64,000 nucleotides of DNA, taken from Eledone cirrhosa (Eukaryota). The stretch lies in assembly GCA_964016885.1 (NCBI GenBank), contig OZ024740.1, forward strand, positions 390,476,001 through 390,540,000, written 5' to 3'. The position numbers and the translations under genes were made by a program. Position 1 is the stretch's first letter; each line of letters starts with the position of its first letter. The notes below the pieces were generated by a model, which saw only the letters and a list, made by a program, of their open reading frames with translations, was not told where the DNA came from and made no database searches. Shown piece after piece: positions 1-13,966 of this stretch.

Positions 1-441
1 AAAGCTTGCTTGGCGAGGAGGGTGATATTTGGATATCTGCAGGATGAAATACAAGACCCGGCAAAGGGCGGAGTAACTCAGCAGAGCCAACGGCCATCCA
101 AATAGTATTGTATTTTCTCACCTGGGAGTGGAAGGCCCCCAGTTGTTGTCACAACACCTTTCTAAGAGAGGGAAACTCTGAAGAAAAAAAAAAAAAAGAC
201 CTGCGGCTTCAGAAGCATCCGATGATGTTGACCAGTTCTCCTTTTCGGGTAGTGTTTTCGAGGCTCAGAGAGTGGGATTGGTCGAGTGCAACGCCTTTCC
301 CCACTTAAAAAACCTTCAAGCACAGGCATTGCCTGTTCAGGATCTGTTACAGGTTCGTGTGGCTGGCCGTAGCCTAAAGGTGCATTATTTTCTGTAATCT
401 GACAAGCGATTGCAATACTCTTAACAGAGTTTGCAGTCATC
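1..441 (+). mobile_element. Diverged relative of the ~610-bp (ATGT)n-tailed element, cut by the window edge
   Basis: Shares blocks with 546-1153 (gaggagggtga, cggccatcc, gggaaactctga, gagagtggga, gcacaggcattgc) and ends GCAGTCATC followed by ATGT-like repeats. Confidence 0.7.
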
Positions 442-545
442 ATGTATATGTGTATGTAAGTATGCATATATGTGTGTCTGTATGTATGTATGAATGTATG
501 TATACATATATGTATACATATATGTACGAGTATACATATACTTAT

Positions 546-1153
546 GTCAGGTCACCAGTTGGTGCTACTGGTAACATGTATCCCAGTACAACCTGTCTCA
601 TGGTCGGGTCGTTGGCGACTAAACTGGCAACCCCACCAAGGTTTCTTGGTGAGGAGGGTGACTTTGGACATCCTGCAGGACTAAAAACAAAACCTGTCAA
701 AGGGCAAAGGAGCTCTTAAGAGTCAATGGCCATCCAAAATCACCGGGAGAGATGACCCCTTAGCCTTTGTTAAGGCAGAATTCTAGGAGAAGGAAAACTC
801 TGATATAACACCTACAACCCTGATGGTATCCAATGATGTTGACTTGTTCTTCTTTTTGGTAAATATCATCTTGGTTAAGAGAGTGGGACTGGGTTTGTGC
901 AGTGCCTTTGCTCACTATAAAAGCTTCACGGCACAGGCATTGCTTTATATCTGGAGATCTCTCTGCACTTGTCGTCACATGGTACCATGGGCCCAGCACT
1001 ATGTGTCAATAATTGTCACAAGAGTAGTGTTTGTACCAGAGTTTTCAAGTCACTGGCTGGACTAAAAAGTCACACTCGTTTAGTGCATCGGTAGGGGTTC
1101 TCCTACATGGATATAAAGTAGTGGCTGTACTCGAAAATGAGTTGGCAGCCACC
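546..1153 (+). mobile_element. ~610-bp non-coding retroposon-like repeat, probably RTE-related and non-autonomous, copy 1
   Basis: Near-identical to 18994-19601 and 55530-56068; fixed 3' end GGCAGCCACC followed by ATAC/ATGT repeats; contains CTAGGAGAAGGAAAACTCTGA, which resembles RTE 5' UTRs. Confidence 0.8.
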
Positions 1154-1689
1154 ATACATATATGTCAGTATGTTTGTATATATGTATGTATTTATGTATG
1201 TGTGTGGTATATATATATATATATATCACCCCCACCCCACATATTAAATAACAGTAAGCAAGGCTGGAAGTGTCTTGGCTTACATAAAACAATATGGGTG
1301 GAAACTGCAACATCCCCTATATTTTGAGTGTGTATGTGTTCTCCCGGAATTTTTTAACGACAAAATTGTTTACAAATAATCCTTTGATAAAGACAGAACG
1401 TTAAAAAAGATAGAACATATACATGCTCCTCCAATTAAGCGACAAATTAAGAAGTGAAAAAAAAAATGGCGTTTGCGCATAAACTTCTATCTGAATTTGT
1501 GCCAATTTTCGATAAATTTCCATTGCACATGCATTTAGGAAAGTCACTATAAAGATGTCTTTTTATAAAGTAATGTATATATCAGTGAAAAAATTGTTAG
1601 ACTGTAAATAAAACCCTTTTTTGTACTGTTGACCTTGTTATTCTTCACTCTTTCTATATATATATATTATATATATATATATATAAATA

Positions 1690-1842
<153 letters not shown>

Positions 1843-2041
1843 GTGTGTGTGGAAAATAGAGAGGTAGATGGTCTTGTCACCATAGTAACTAATTAGTATT
1901 GTTTCAAAACGCGGGAATTTTAAGCGCATATCTGTCAACACGTGCGTGGAAATAAATGTGTATGTGTTTGATTCTGTGTCATTCAACATATAGACAATGC
2001 ACGGCACTCTTCAAAACAAGACCATGACATTTGACCGTCAC

Positions 2042-2071
<30 letters not shown>

Positions 2072-2078
<7 letters not shown>

Positions 2079-2708
2079 TTGGTGCTCTGAAATTGCGATA
2101 TATATATGAATGTATATATAGTGTATTTTGCAATACACTGTATGCTTAATTAAAAGCATTTCGAAGACCTTATGCTATTGTTTTAGAGTAGTGACAGTCT
2201 CACTTACTTTAATTTTCAGCAAACAGGGGAGATAAAGCTTTTTTTATGCTTATCCTCCTGTTTGCTGAAAATCATGAATGTTTGATTCTTATAGAATTCT
2301 AGTAATAATCAGGAATAAACAATAATAACAATAATAATAATCAGGAATAAACAATAGCATAAGGTCTTCGAAATGCTTTTAATTAAGCATACAGTGTATT
2401 GCAAAATACACTGTATATACAGAGCACCAATTCTAATTTTCAATTTCTGCTTGACCGGAAACCGCTCGGTATAATCAGTTCCTGATTATTACTAGAATTC
2501 TATAAGAATCAAACATTCATGATTTTCAGCAAACAGGAGGAGTAGTTAGCTTTGATAAGCATTAAAAAAATGCTCTGTCAGCTTTATCTCCCCTGTTTGC
2601 TGAAAATGAAAGTAAGTGAGACTGTCACTACTCTAAAACAATAGCATAAGGTCTTCGAAATGCTTTTATTTAAGCATACAGTGTATTGCAAAATACACTA
2701 TATATACA

Positions 2709-2715
<7 letters not shown>
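2072..2715. mobile_element. Nested inverted-repeat insertion in (TA)n, PLE pseudo-LTR-like debris
   Basis: 2105-2240 is the reverse complement of ~2580-2715; carries half-HHR motifs GAAATGCTT..AAGCATA and GAAACCGCTCGGTA. Confidence 0.6.
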
Positions 2716-2807
<92 letters not shown>

Positions 2808-2822
2808 GTATATATATATATA

Positions 2823-3325
2823 CGGAAAAAATGAAACGAAATTTCATTTCCCACTCTTAGTACGGCTGTTACTTAAATATAAGTATTTACACGTACATAC
2901 ATATATGTATACAGACGTACAGTAGTATGTATATATATATACATACATGCACACATATATATATGTACGTATGGATTCACCGAACATTTATTATAATGCT
3001 CGGTGTGTTTGTAAACAAACATCCCGTATTAAGCCGTAGTGTCCAGCAACCATCGTTGCTCGTTTGTTCAACACTGACAAAGGAACATACTTGTACATAC
3101 TTATATTTAAGTAACAGCCGTACTAAGAGTGGGAAATGAAATTTCGTTTCATTTTTTCCGTTTATCGTTTTCGGTGCACCCGGCCGATTAACCCACTCGA
3201 TATGCAAATTGGGCTACTCAGCCGTTAATATGCATAAGGTAAGTATATACGTTTAACAATCTGGCAGGAAGGAATACGTTGCTGACGATAGCTAATAAGC
3301 TTGAAACTAGTACAGCGTTCCTTTG
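2823..3325 (+). mobile_element. HHR-bearing non-coding element, family A, copy 1 (inverted segment plus direct segment)
   Basis: Homologous to 53705-54347; 2823-3086 is an inverted part of the monomer; cut at 3325 by a Tx1/L1 fragment. Confidence 0.8.
3271..3321 (+). ncRNA. Minimal type I hammerhead ribozyme (family A)
   Basis: ACGTTG-CTGACGA(3282-3288)-T-AGCT-AATA-AGCT-T-GAAA-CTAG-TA^CAGCGT; palindromic stem III ACUAGU; GUA site at 3310-3312. Confidence 0.88.
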
Positions 3326-5076
3326 GTCAAGGTGAACGGCTACCTCTCGGCGTCAAGGTGAACGTCTACCTCTCGGAGCCGTTCCATATCACGCGATCCA
3401 TCCGACAGGGATGCCCTCTCTCCTCCCTTCTGTACGTACTGACTCTCGAGCCACTACTGCGGAAGTTGGAGCTATTGCAGGGCATCCCTCTGGAACCGGG
3501 ACTGCGGAAGTCGGCACCTTACTGAAGGAATACGAAAGGTTCACAGGAGCGAAGCTGAACCGGGACAAGTCCGTCAGTTTGCAACTCGGATCGTGGAGAG
3601 GCAAACCGATGCCTTCCGATGCCGTCGTCGGACGCTGGACGGAGGGACCGGTGAAGCTGATCGGGGTCTGGTTTGGTTCGAACCTCCAGGTGGAGAAGAA
3701 TTGGAACGAGGTGACGGCCAAGGTGTTTGCGCTCACCCAGAAGTGGGCCGAGTGCAAACTATCCTTGAAAGGTCGAGCGGAGGTGGCGAACACTTTTATA
3801 GCGTCCGTCATCTACTACCGCTTGACCGTCGTGCCTTGTCCAGCCAAAACGCTCACCAAAATTGTGCGCGCGCTCTTCCAATTCCTTTGGAAGAAGCGGA
3901 CTCCTTTGGTGAGAAGATCCATCTGCTGCAAAACACCCTTCCAACGGAGGGCTGGGGATGCCGTGGCTGACGATTCGCAAACACGTGCTCAGGCTGCGGC
4001 ACCTCCACGTATTCCTCACCGGACAACCGCTGTGGGCCCCGTTCATGAGGCGAGCCTTCCCACGACTCGTCTCGCTGACCGAGATGCAGTCCTGGGTCAA
4101 GCAAAGATCGAGGAAAATGGGCGACTGGCACATCGAATGTGCTTAGGCGCTCACAGCCCTCTGTCAGGCGGACTCGGCGATCAGTGGAGACTTCACTTCG
4201 TCATTCTATAGAGGGTTGGTCCGCAGCAAGTGCGACGACGCGCTCGGAGAAACTCTAGGCGTAGAAGAAGACGAACTGGCCAGTCTGTTCGGTAGGACCT
4301 TCCGCCCGGGACCGATGGACAACTTCCCAAAGTCCCTGGCCTGGTAGTGCTACCGAGGAGCTCTACCAGTTCGAGACAAGCTCTACAGACACGGGCGCCC
4401 GGGCAAGGACCCTTCGAAAAAGATCTATCCGAGATGCGTGCGAGACGAAGAAACCGTCGCGCACACATTCATACACTGCCCGGGCGTTACCGACCTGTGG
4501 GGCTATGTAGAACGGCTATTGTCGCGGGTGGGACCAATCCGGTTGACCATCGAGTCTATTGTCATGATCAAACCGCCACCCTCCTTCAAAAACGAAGGAA
4601 AGGCGGTTTTCCTTTGTGTGATAGCTATGGCGAAAGAGGTTGTATGGTGGACGAGGTTAAAAGGGCTGAGGTCAAACACCTTTCTCCCCGGCCAACAACT
4701 GATTCTTTTTTTCAAATACCACTTTGGAAGAAGAATCAGGATGGAGAGAGAGGTACTGTACCCCAGCAAGTTTTATGAAAGGTGGGTGAAAGTGGCGAGA
4801 ATGGCCCGAGTGAATGTGCCTTCTCTCTATATCAGCCTGTAGGTTGAGGAAAAAGGGGAAGAGAGGAAAGGGTTACTCACTCTTCGTACTCCTGGAGTTG
4901 AGGGTTGTACATTTTTTCGGGAGTATGTGTTACCCATATGTAATGTCTCCCCCTATTGGGGAAAATCGATTGTTTTTTACATTGCATTTGTGATAGTATT
5001 TTACACGTTTTTATTGTATGTAAACTTCCCCCTTTGTATTTGTCCCCTTCTTTTGTCCCCCTGTGGCTAATAAAGA

Positions 5077-5078
<2 letters not shown>
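3326..5078 (+). mobile_element. 5'-truncated, disrupted Tx1/L1-clade LINE (RT C-terminal half, CCHC finger, 3' UTR)
   Basis: VKVN..SEPFHITRSIRQGCPLS, GAKLNRDKS, LSLKGRAEVAN, CPRCVRDEETVAHTFIHC; stop at 4842; AATAAA near 5069; frameshifts, and the YADD region is missing. Confidence 0.92.
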
Positions 5079-5128
<50 letters not shown>

Positions 5129-5166
5129 CGTGTGTGTGTTTGTGAGTGTGTGTTTGTGTGTGTGTG

Positions 5167-5231
<65 letters not shown>

Positions 5232-5317
5232 TGTATGTATGTATCTATGTATGTATGTATACTTAAGGGAATGCTATATATTCTCAAGAGTTCTAGTGAG
5301 TTACATGAGAGAGATAC

Positions 5318-5367
5318 ACAATCTTGACAAAGGGCAGTAACTCAGAAACAATATTATTGTCGATTGT
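5318..5367 (+). ncRNA. Degenerate hammerhead ribozyme
   Basis: ACAATC-TTGACAA (two changes from CUGACGA)-AGGGCAGTAACTCA-GAAA-CAATA-T-TATTG-TC^GATTGT; stems I and III intact. Confidence 0.6.
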
Positions 5368-5487
5368 TTTTCTTTGTTACCGCTGGAACAAAAAGAGGGC
5401 GATGATGATCTGGGGAACATGGCGTATGAAGCTGTTTGCCAATATTGGTATTCGATATAGGACTCACGAATGCATATATATAGAAGG

Positions 5488-5601
5488 CTAGATTGTGAGT
5501 CTTTTTACTCTGGAGTTTCGTCTGCTTGTCCCAGTGTTATCAGACAAGATGACCCTGTGAGAAGCAGGTGAAACTTCAGAGTAACAAGACTCACTATCTA
5601 G
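5488..5601. mobile_element. Head-to-head inverted pair of partial HHR/pseudo-LTR segments
   Basis: Plus arm GATGA-CCCTG..CAGG-T-GAAA-CTTCAGAGTA; minus arm CTGATAA..GAAACTCCAGAGTA; the arms are imperfect reverse complements. Confidence 0.6.
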
Positions 5602-5691
5602 ACTTAATAAAATGAACATTTAAACTCTACTTCAGTATTGAATACTCTTTTGTCTCGGCCGTCAACGACATGTGACAATATGTCTGTATAT

Positions 5692-6560
<869 letters not shown>

Positions 6561-6998
6561 ACAATATACATACATACATACAATATTTTTTTTCGATATC
6601 GAGGCTAACGATATATCTATTGTACATAAGCGTATAATATATAATTACATATGTTTTCATATCCACTTCTATTATGCCTAAGCGTTGCCTTAGTGCTACT
6701 GCCAATTAAATATAACCAGCCAAGTTTACATTATATGAACATGAACTCTCTAGCAAATGATCGTCACGCAAAATTCTATATAGACTCCAGTCTATTTCAT
6801 GTCAGTACGGGTTAAGTGAGTGTCAAAATCAACAAATCTTGAAACAGCGGTGTCTGTCATTTTCAAGATGTACTCGCAATTGTGTGATATATATTGAGGG
6901 GATAGAGAATAACACTTCTTCGTCGTGAAAAAATGTTTTTCTCCGACAGCGAGGCTACTCAAGTTATTTTATAACGTATAATGTATGTTTTCATATAC

Positions 6999-7085
<87 letters not shown>

Positions 7086-7221
7086 CCTCTCTCTTTGTAT
7101 ATATATATATATATATACCTCATAGCAGCCGATGGCAACTTCCTTTTCCCACTTTTAAGGGTCTTCACCTTATTTTATAAGGTATTTTTATAGCACCTCT
7201 GCGTTTGAACACATCATCATT

Positions 7222-7331
<110 letters not shown>

Positions 7332-7371
7332 ATTTATACTAGAACTGTTTCATTCGGTAGAAATCATCAGG

Positions 7372-7497
<126 letters not shown>

Positions 7498-8694
7498 CCT
7501 AAAAGCCGAAAATTCGGCTTCGTACATTGTTTGTATACATATGTGAGGTTTTGTGGTTTTGTGTGTATATTTATATAAAACTGTGTAATGTTATTTGAAG
7601 GAGATTTAGCTGCTATTTCTATCATGCAATCTCTATAAATATTCGTTATTAGGTAATTAAAAACAACGGAGGCGTTCTAAAAGGAATCTGCGCTCTCCTC
7701 TTTTCCGAAATGCTATCCACAGTAAATTAGAGTTCAGTCTATAATGGTTTGGCAGTGAACTGTTTATATGTATGAATGTGTTCTTAGGAGTCATCACCCT
7801 AACCAATATGTTACGTTGCTTAATGCCACATGAAAGGCCTGGTGAGCCTCGGCTCGTAAAATACTTTGATATGATTAAACTGTTGACCATTCTTAGCCTC
7901 TTTCTTTCTTTCCTTCTTCGTTCCTTTCTTTCTTTCTTTTTCTTCTTCTTTCTTTCTGTCTTTTTATCTTTCTTTTTTCTTTCTTTCTTTTTATGCCCCC
8001 CCCCCCCCCCCCCCCCATTTCTATATTAATTTCTTCACTCTTTCATTCTCTCCTTATTACGTTCTACTTTATTCTATATTCTGAAATTCCTGTTTCTCTT
8101 ATCTCCATTTCTTCATTCTTCCACACATTCGTTCATTGATTTATTCCTTTCTTCATTCATTTGTTAATTCTGTCATTCGTTCAATCTTCCATTCTCTCTT
8201 AATCACGTTCAACATGACACTATTATTCTGAAATGTGCCACTCATACCAAATCCCACACAAACAACGCACCTCCTACCTCTATCATTTTAAATATTCAAC
8301 ACCCATTTCCATCTTATTCTTTTGTACAAATATATTCCTCCTACGCATTTGTTGTTCGATATTTTCTTTGTTTAATTCTCATGTGGGTTATTGCTCGCCA
8401 GTCCTTATTATACACTATAATTTCGAGCTAACAAGGGACCTCCATATAGTCGTTTAAAATACTTGAAATAGCAGCCAAACATCCCTCAAATGTGGAGAGA
8501 AGAGGTTGGATAATATAGTCCCTAAAAAGGTGGGGATGGTCATGGCTGGAATAGATCATATGGCTGCTCGATCATTCTTAACCTAGTGTTAAACAGCAAG
8601 ACCATTACGATGATTTCGTTATTAAAATTATATTGATTATTATTTTATCAATTATTCATGTTTTGAGAGTTTTTCTTTTGATTGCTATTCTTAT

Positions 8695-8890
8695 TAATAG
8701 TGGATTGACCGAATTAGTAGAGTGTCAAATAAAATGCCATTGTGGTATCTGACTTTTTAAATTCTGAGTTCAAAACCAACCGAGGTCATCTTTACCTTTC
8801 ATCCTTTCAGGTTCGATAAAATAAAGTACCAGTCACATACTGGGATTGATTTAATCAACTTTGCTGGCTTATGCCTAAATTAGAAATCAA
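8695..8890 (+). mobile_element. Degenerate tRNA-derived SINE
   Basis: ctgagttcaaa..gaggtcatctttacctttcatcc..cgataaaataaagtaccagt. Confidence 0.75.
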
Positions 8891-8933
8891 TATTATTATT
8901 ATAAAGTAGTAGTCAAACACTGAGATCGATATA

Positions 8934-9104
8934 CCGTATTTCCCGGCGCTGAAGACGCTACCCCCCCCCCCCCCTAAAATAAGTCTAAAAAATCTACCAT
9001 GCGTCCTGGAGGCCGTTGTTTAATATTTTGTTTTTCAAATTTTTGGTTGTCAAAATTAGGGTGCGTCCTCGAGGAAGAAGCGTCTTCGGCGCCGGGAAAT
9101 ACGG
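8934..9104. mobile_element. Tc1/mariner (pogo-type) MITE, 171 bp
   Basis: TIRs CCGTATTTCCCGGCGC(T/C)GAAGACGC with TA on both sides. Confidence 0.88.
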
Positions 9105-9774
9105 TAATTCACAAAATTCTCTCCAAAAGAAGAAGGCTGGGATGAGTGGAGGAAGATCGTCGATGGCCTGAGTCACAGGTGGCGTTATGGGTCTGAATGA
9201 GCGGCGAGTGTGTTACTAGTAGTGCTATTTTATGTATGTTGTCGATATGTACTGTCGTTTATGTCATATATTTGTTTTCATCTACTTTTAGAATTCTTGC
9301 AGTACTTATTGTTATGGGGGCTTTTAAGATAACAAAGCCCTAACCAACTTCCTCATGTAGCACTTGAGGAATATGTATGTGTCTGTGTATGTGTGGGGGG
9401 GTACGTTCTTCCAGTTGGTGAATTGGTTTGACAGATGAGAGCAAGTGGCAAAATGTATATGTATATGAAGGCCAGTAGCCCAATACACACACACACACAT
9501 ACTCACACACACACTCACACACACTCACACACATACACTCACACACATACACTCACACATACACACACATACTCACACACACGCACACACTCACACATAC
9601 GCACACACACACTCACGCACATACACACATACACATACACACACACATGGCCGAATGAGCCTATGAATTGTAGGAATTAATAATATTAACATAAGATTCG
9701 TTTATTGAAACTATGAGATAGGATTAGATTCCATCTTGTACTGTAGAAACACACTCACAGACACACACACACGA

Positions 9775-9843
<69 letters not shown>

Positions 9844-10450
9844 ACACACAAATTACATATATACACTATTAAATAAAATAGCGGCGACATTTTACTGTGC
9901 AGCATTTATCAATTTATTAAAATAATGCTCTTCACTATGAATGATATAATTTCTGAATAACTTTCCTTCAGAAATGTGTTATTTTGTGCCAATACATGGA
10001 ATCCTTATTATTTGCAGATCCGAAGTAGTCCAATAGTAGACACTGTCGAGTGTCAGATTAAATTTCTTGCTGTATTTTTCCTTGCCTTCTGAATTCAAAG
10101 ATTGCCAATGTTGCTGTAACTAAGATTGGAAACATATCCACGTAATATAAATGAATGCAATACATATTTCACACATTTAATATAATTGCATCATGAGCAA
10201 TCTTTATGGATGTATGTATATATGAACAAACACATATAGGCACACTAATGACTGTTAGTAGATCTCCTATGCATATATATGTTTTCTGTTATTCAGTTTT
10301 CTGAAAAAGGTATTCTGGCTCAACTTGTAGCTTATTCATTTCTCTGTGAAATTCAACATTATGTTCAAAAGGAATTCTTATTTACTTTCTTTCTCCAATG
10401 TATACTTAGACACTTAGAATATCTGATTAATGGCTCTGAATTTATATATA

Positions 10451-10486
<36 letters not shown>

Positions 10487-10584
10487 TATATATAAATTCA
10501 GAGCCATTAATCAGATATTCAAATACTCGTGTATATATAAGTATATATATATTCAGAGCCATTAATCAGATATATCAAATACTC

Positions 10585-10705
<121 letters not shown>

Positions 10706-10777
10706 ATAGAATATAGAATATATATATATGTTATAGAATACTATTAGCTTCTCGCTAAAACTATTTCTATACCTTTC

Positions 10778-10859
<82 letters not shown>

Positions 10860-10971
10860 AGTATATATCCCTACACACAAAAAGTGTCCAGGGACACATG
10901 TATTGTCCAACCATATGCCAATGTGGTTCAATGGCTGGTCAATAAATTAACGAGCCAGAACATATATACGT

Positions 10972-11100
10972 AATCAAGGTTTAGCAAATAAGAAAAAGTT
11001 TCAAAATAAATTTCAAAAAATTCACTGTACTCACTATGGTTACCTTTACAGTGAATTTTTTGAAATTTATTTTGAAACTTTTTCTATTTGCTAAACCTTG

Positions 11101-11103
<3 letters not shown>
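10972..11103. repeat. Long inverted repeat (hairpin)
   Basis: AATCAAGGTTTAGCAAATA..TTCACTGTA / TACAGTGAA..TATTTGCTAAACCTTGATT. Confidence 0.85.
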
Positions 11104-11186
<83 letters not shown>

Positions 11187-11197
11187 CATACACACAC

Positions 11198-11236
<39 letters not shown>

Positions 11237-11239
<3 letters not shown>

Positions 11240-11365
11240 TTCACCTGAAGAAGGGCTTATGCCCGAAACGTCGTTCCACACCACCACCCACTCTCAAGAG
11301 CGTGAAATTAATAAACATTCGTTGTACTGCCTCTCTGTTTTGTTCCTGTTCAAATTTTCCATTAT
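11237..11365 (+). mobile_element. Family F pseudo-LTR fragment with HHR core
   Basis: CTGAAGA-A-GGGC-TTAT-GCCC-GAAAC-GTC; stem I unclear; downstream part recurs inverted at 55061-55146 and 63700-63780. Confidence 0.65.
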
Positions 11366-11444
11366 ATATATATATATATATATTAGCAAGTGAGGTTTTT
11401 TTTACAAAATGAAAAATAATCGAGGTGTCCTACACTAGTGAAAG

Positions 11445-11585
11445 TATAAAGAAAAAAGATGAAATCGAAAATGCAACTGGAGTCTTATTTAAAAAAATAT
11501 ATATATATTTATTTGAAATAAATATATATATTTTTTTAAAAATAAGACTCCAGTTGCATTTTCGATTTCATCTTTTTTCTTTATA
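11445..11585. repeat. ~140-bp near-perfect palindrome
   Basis: TATAAAGAAAAAAGATGAAATCGAAAATGCAACTGGAGTCTTATTT and its reverse complement. Confidence 0.88.
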
Positions 11586-11597
11586 TATATATATATA

Positions 11598-12405
11598 TAT
11601 TTAATACATTAACAGAGAAAGCTTTAAGCAATACCCCGACCGGCTTCCGTCTCACTCAACAAACATTAGGATATACCTTAGTATAATCCCAATTATACGT
11701 TTGGGGTGCTAACTATACGTATTTTGCGGATAGACAGTTGTATTATTTTATATGAGACATAATTAAATACATCTCTCTTTCCAAACGATCGTTTCATTAT
11801 AAGTTTTCTACAAGTTGGGAAAATAATGTCCAGGTTATGTAGAAGCCTACACATAGTCTATAGGAATATATGTAGGTGGGCACTTATAAATCATCAGTGG
11901 ATGCCCGACAATATCGATATAAAAAAAACCTTACCGATATTAATATTCAGCGATGGTACCCATCCGTGCTAGAGTGACCGCCAAATTTGAAATTCCAGCA
12001 GTCTCACACAGAGAAATCTCACACCGTCACCAAGCGGGAAGAGGAGGTCATCGCAAAACATAAAAGAATAAAATAATATGCACGCAGGTCAATTAATTCT
12101 TTCAATAATTTTAACCATGCGTGAAGAACTCAATTGGATATAAAAAATAAATATATGCATGTATTATTTATACACGCACATAGGTATTTTCTTAGGCTAA
12201 AAACAGAGACAAGATACCGGAAAAACAATCAATATTTCATACAAAGAATAAATACAGAAAGTCATATCTAAAAAGTATCTGGAAATATTCATCTCTGGCC
12301 AAATCAAGAGTATAATATTTAATACATTAACAGAGAAAGCTTTAAGCAATACCCCGACCGGGTTCCGTCTCACTCAACAAACATTAGGATATACCTTAGT
12401 ATAAT
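11598..12405 (-). mobile_element. HHR-bearing non-coding element, family B, copy 1 (718-nt monomer plus ~85-nt terminal direct repeat)
   Basis: TAATACATTAACAGAGAAAGC.. occurs at 11602 and 12320; flanked by (TA)n; homologous to 52001-53055. Confidence 0.85.
11780..11901 (-). ncRNA. Type I hammerhead ribozyme with branched stem II (family B)
   Basis: Minus strand: TCCA-CTGATGA-T-TTATAAGT..(two hairpins)..ACTTATAA-T-GAAA-CGATCG-TT^TGGA. Confidence 0.85.
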
Positions 12406-12422
12406 ACCACTTATGTATATAT

Positions 12423-12509
<87 letters not shown>

Positions 12510-12606
12510 CATACATATATGTATATATATACATATATACATATATATATATATATGTGTGTATATATATATACATATAAATATATACACACACATATAT
12601 ATATAT

Positions 12607-12658
<52 letters not shown>

Positions 12659-12672
12659 ATATATATATTACA

Positions 12673-12951
<279 letters not shown>

Positions 12952-13313
12952 GTATTTAGGTATATTTATATGTGTATATCATCAAGGTGACGAATTGACA
13001 GAGTCATTAGAACGTCAGATAGAATGCTTTGTAGTATTCGTTCCAGCTCTCTGCTTTCTGAGTTCAAATCCCACGGAGGTCAACTTTACCGTTCATCCTT
13101 TCGAGGTCGATAAAAAAAGTTCCAGTCTATCCTTCTCTGGAAGAAATCTGCTGTGTTTAGACCTGGAGAAGGATGGGCTCCGCCAGGCTTAAAATGCCCT
13201 AGGAACTCCATATACCATTACGGCGTCACTGACTGCTTCAGGAGTTCAGGACCATGCTTGCATGCATATGTGTATATCACTCTCTCTCTCAATCACACTT
13301 ACTCTCTCTCTTT

Positions 13314-13371
<58 letters not shown>

Positions 13372-13482
13372 TCACACACACATGTACATAAACATGAAAT
13401 CGTACATGCATGCATACGTACATACAAACAATACACGCACACAGACACACACACGCATATATATATATATATATATATATAT

Positions 13483-13903
13483 GTAGATAAATCTACCAAG
13501 AGTTTACGGTAGTGTCCAATCCGTATGAAGAACTCAATGTAGTCCGGATATCATGGAAAGAAGAGATGCAATGAAAAATCACTTTCGGTGAAAGATAAAC
13601 GGAATACAGAGTCAAGATAAAATATTAAAAAAATAATGAATAAAACAATGAAACAGTTCCTTATATTAAACAAAAAAAGTTCATTATTTAAAAGTTCATT
13701 ATTTCTGAAGACGGCATATATGTGTGTTTGGTATGTATATTTAATCTTGATAGTTTGTATAATTTTGTATAATTTTGTACATAGATCTGTTGAATATGCA
13801 TGCCAATTCTAACACATATATATCCTAGAAACGATCGTTAAATAATGAACTTTTTTTGTTTAATATAAGGAACTGTTTCATTGTTTTATTCATTATTTTT
13901 TTA

Positions 13904-13912
<9 letters not shown>
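13483..13912 (+). mobile_element. Family D element: inverted arm plus HHR-containing arm
   Basis: 13617-13689 is the reverse complement of 13840-13912; homologues at 43655-44037 and 54561-54748. Confidence 0.8.
13690..13854 (+). ncRNA. Type I hammerhead ribozyme with ~115-nt extended stem II (family D)
   Basis: AAAAGTTCATTATTT-CTGAAGA(13705-13711)..long stem..GAAA(13828)-CGATCG-TT^AAATAATGAACTTTT; 15-bp stem I. Confidence 0.82.

Positions 13913-13966
<54 letters not shown>

Noticed and set aside
546-640. HDV-like ribozyme at the element head (GGG-UCG-UUGG-CGA-CUAA-ACUGG)
   Set aside because: Resembles P4 and J4/2, but I could not find P1 or the L3 UCC motif, and the diverged copy does not keep the pairing
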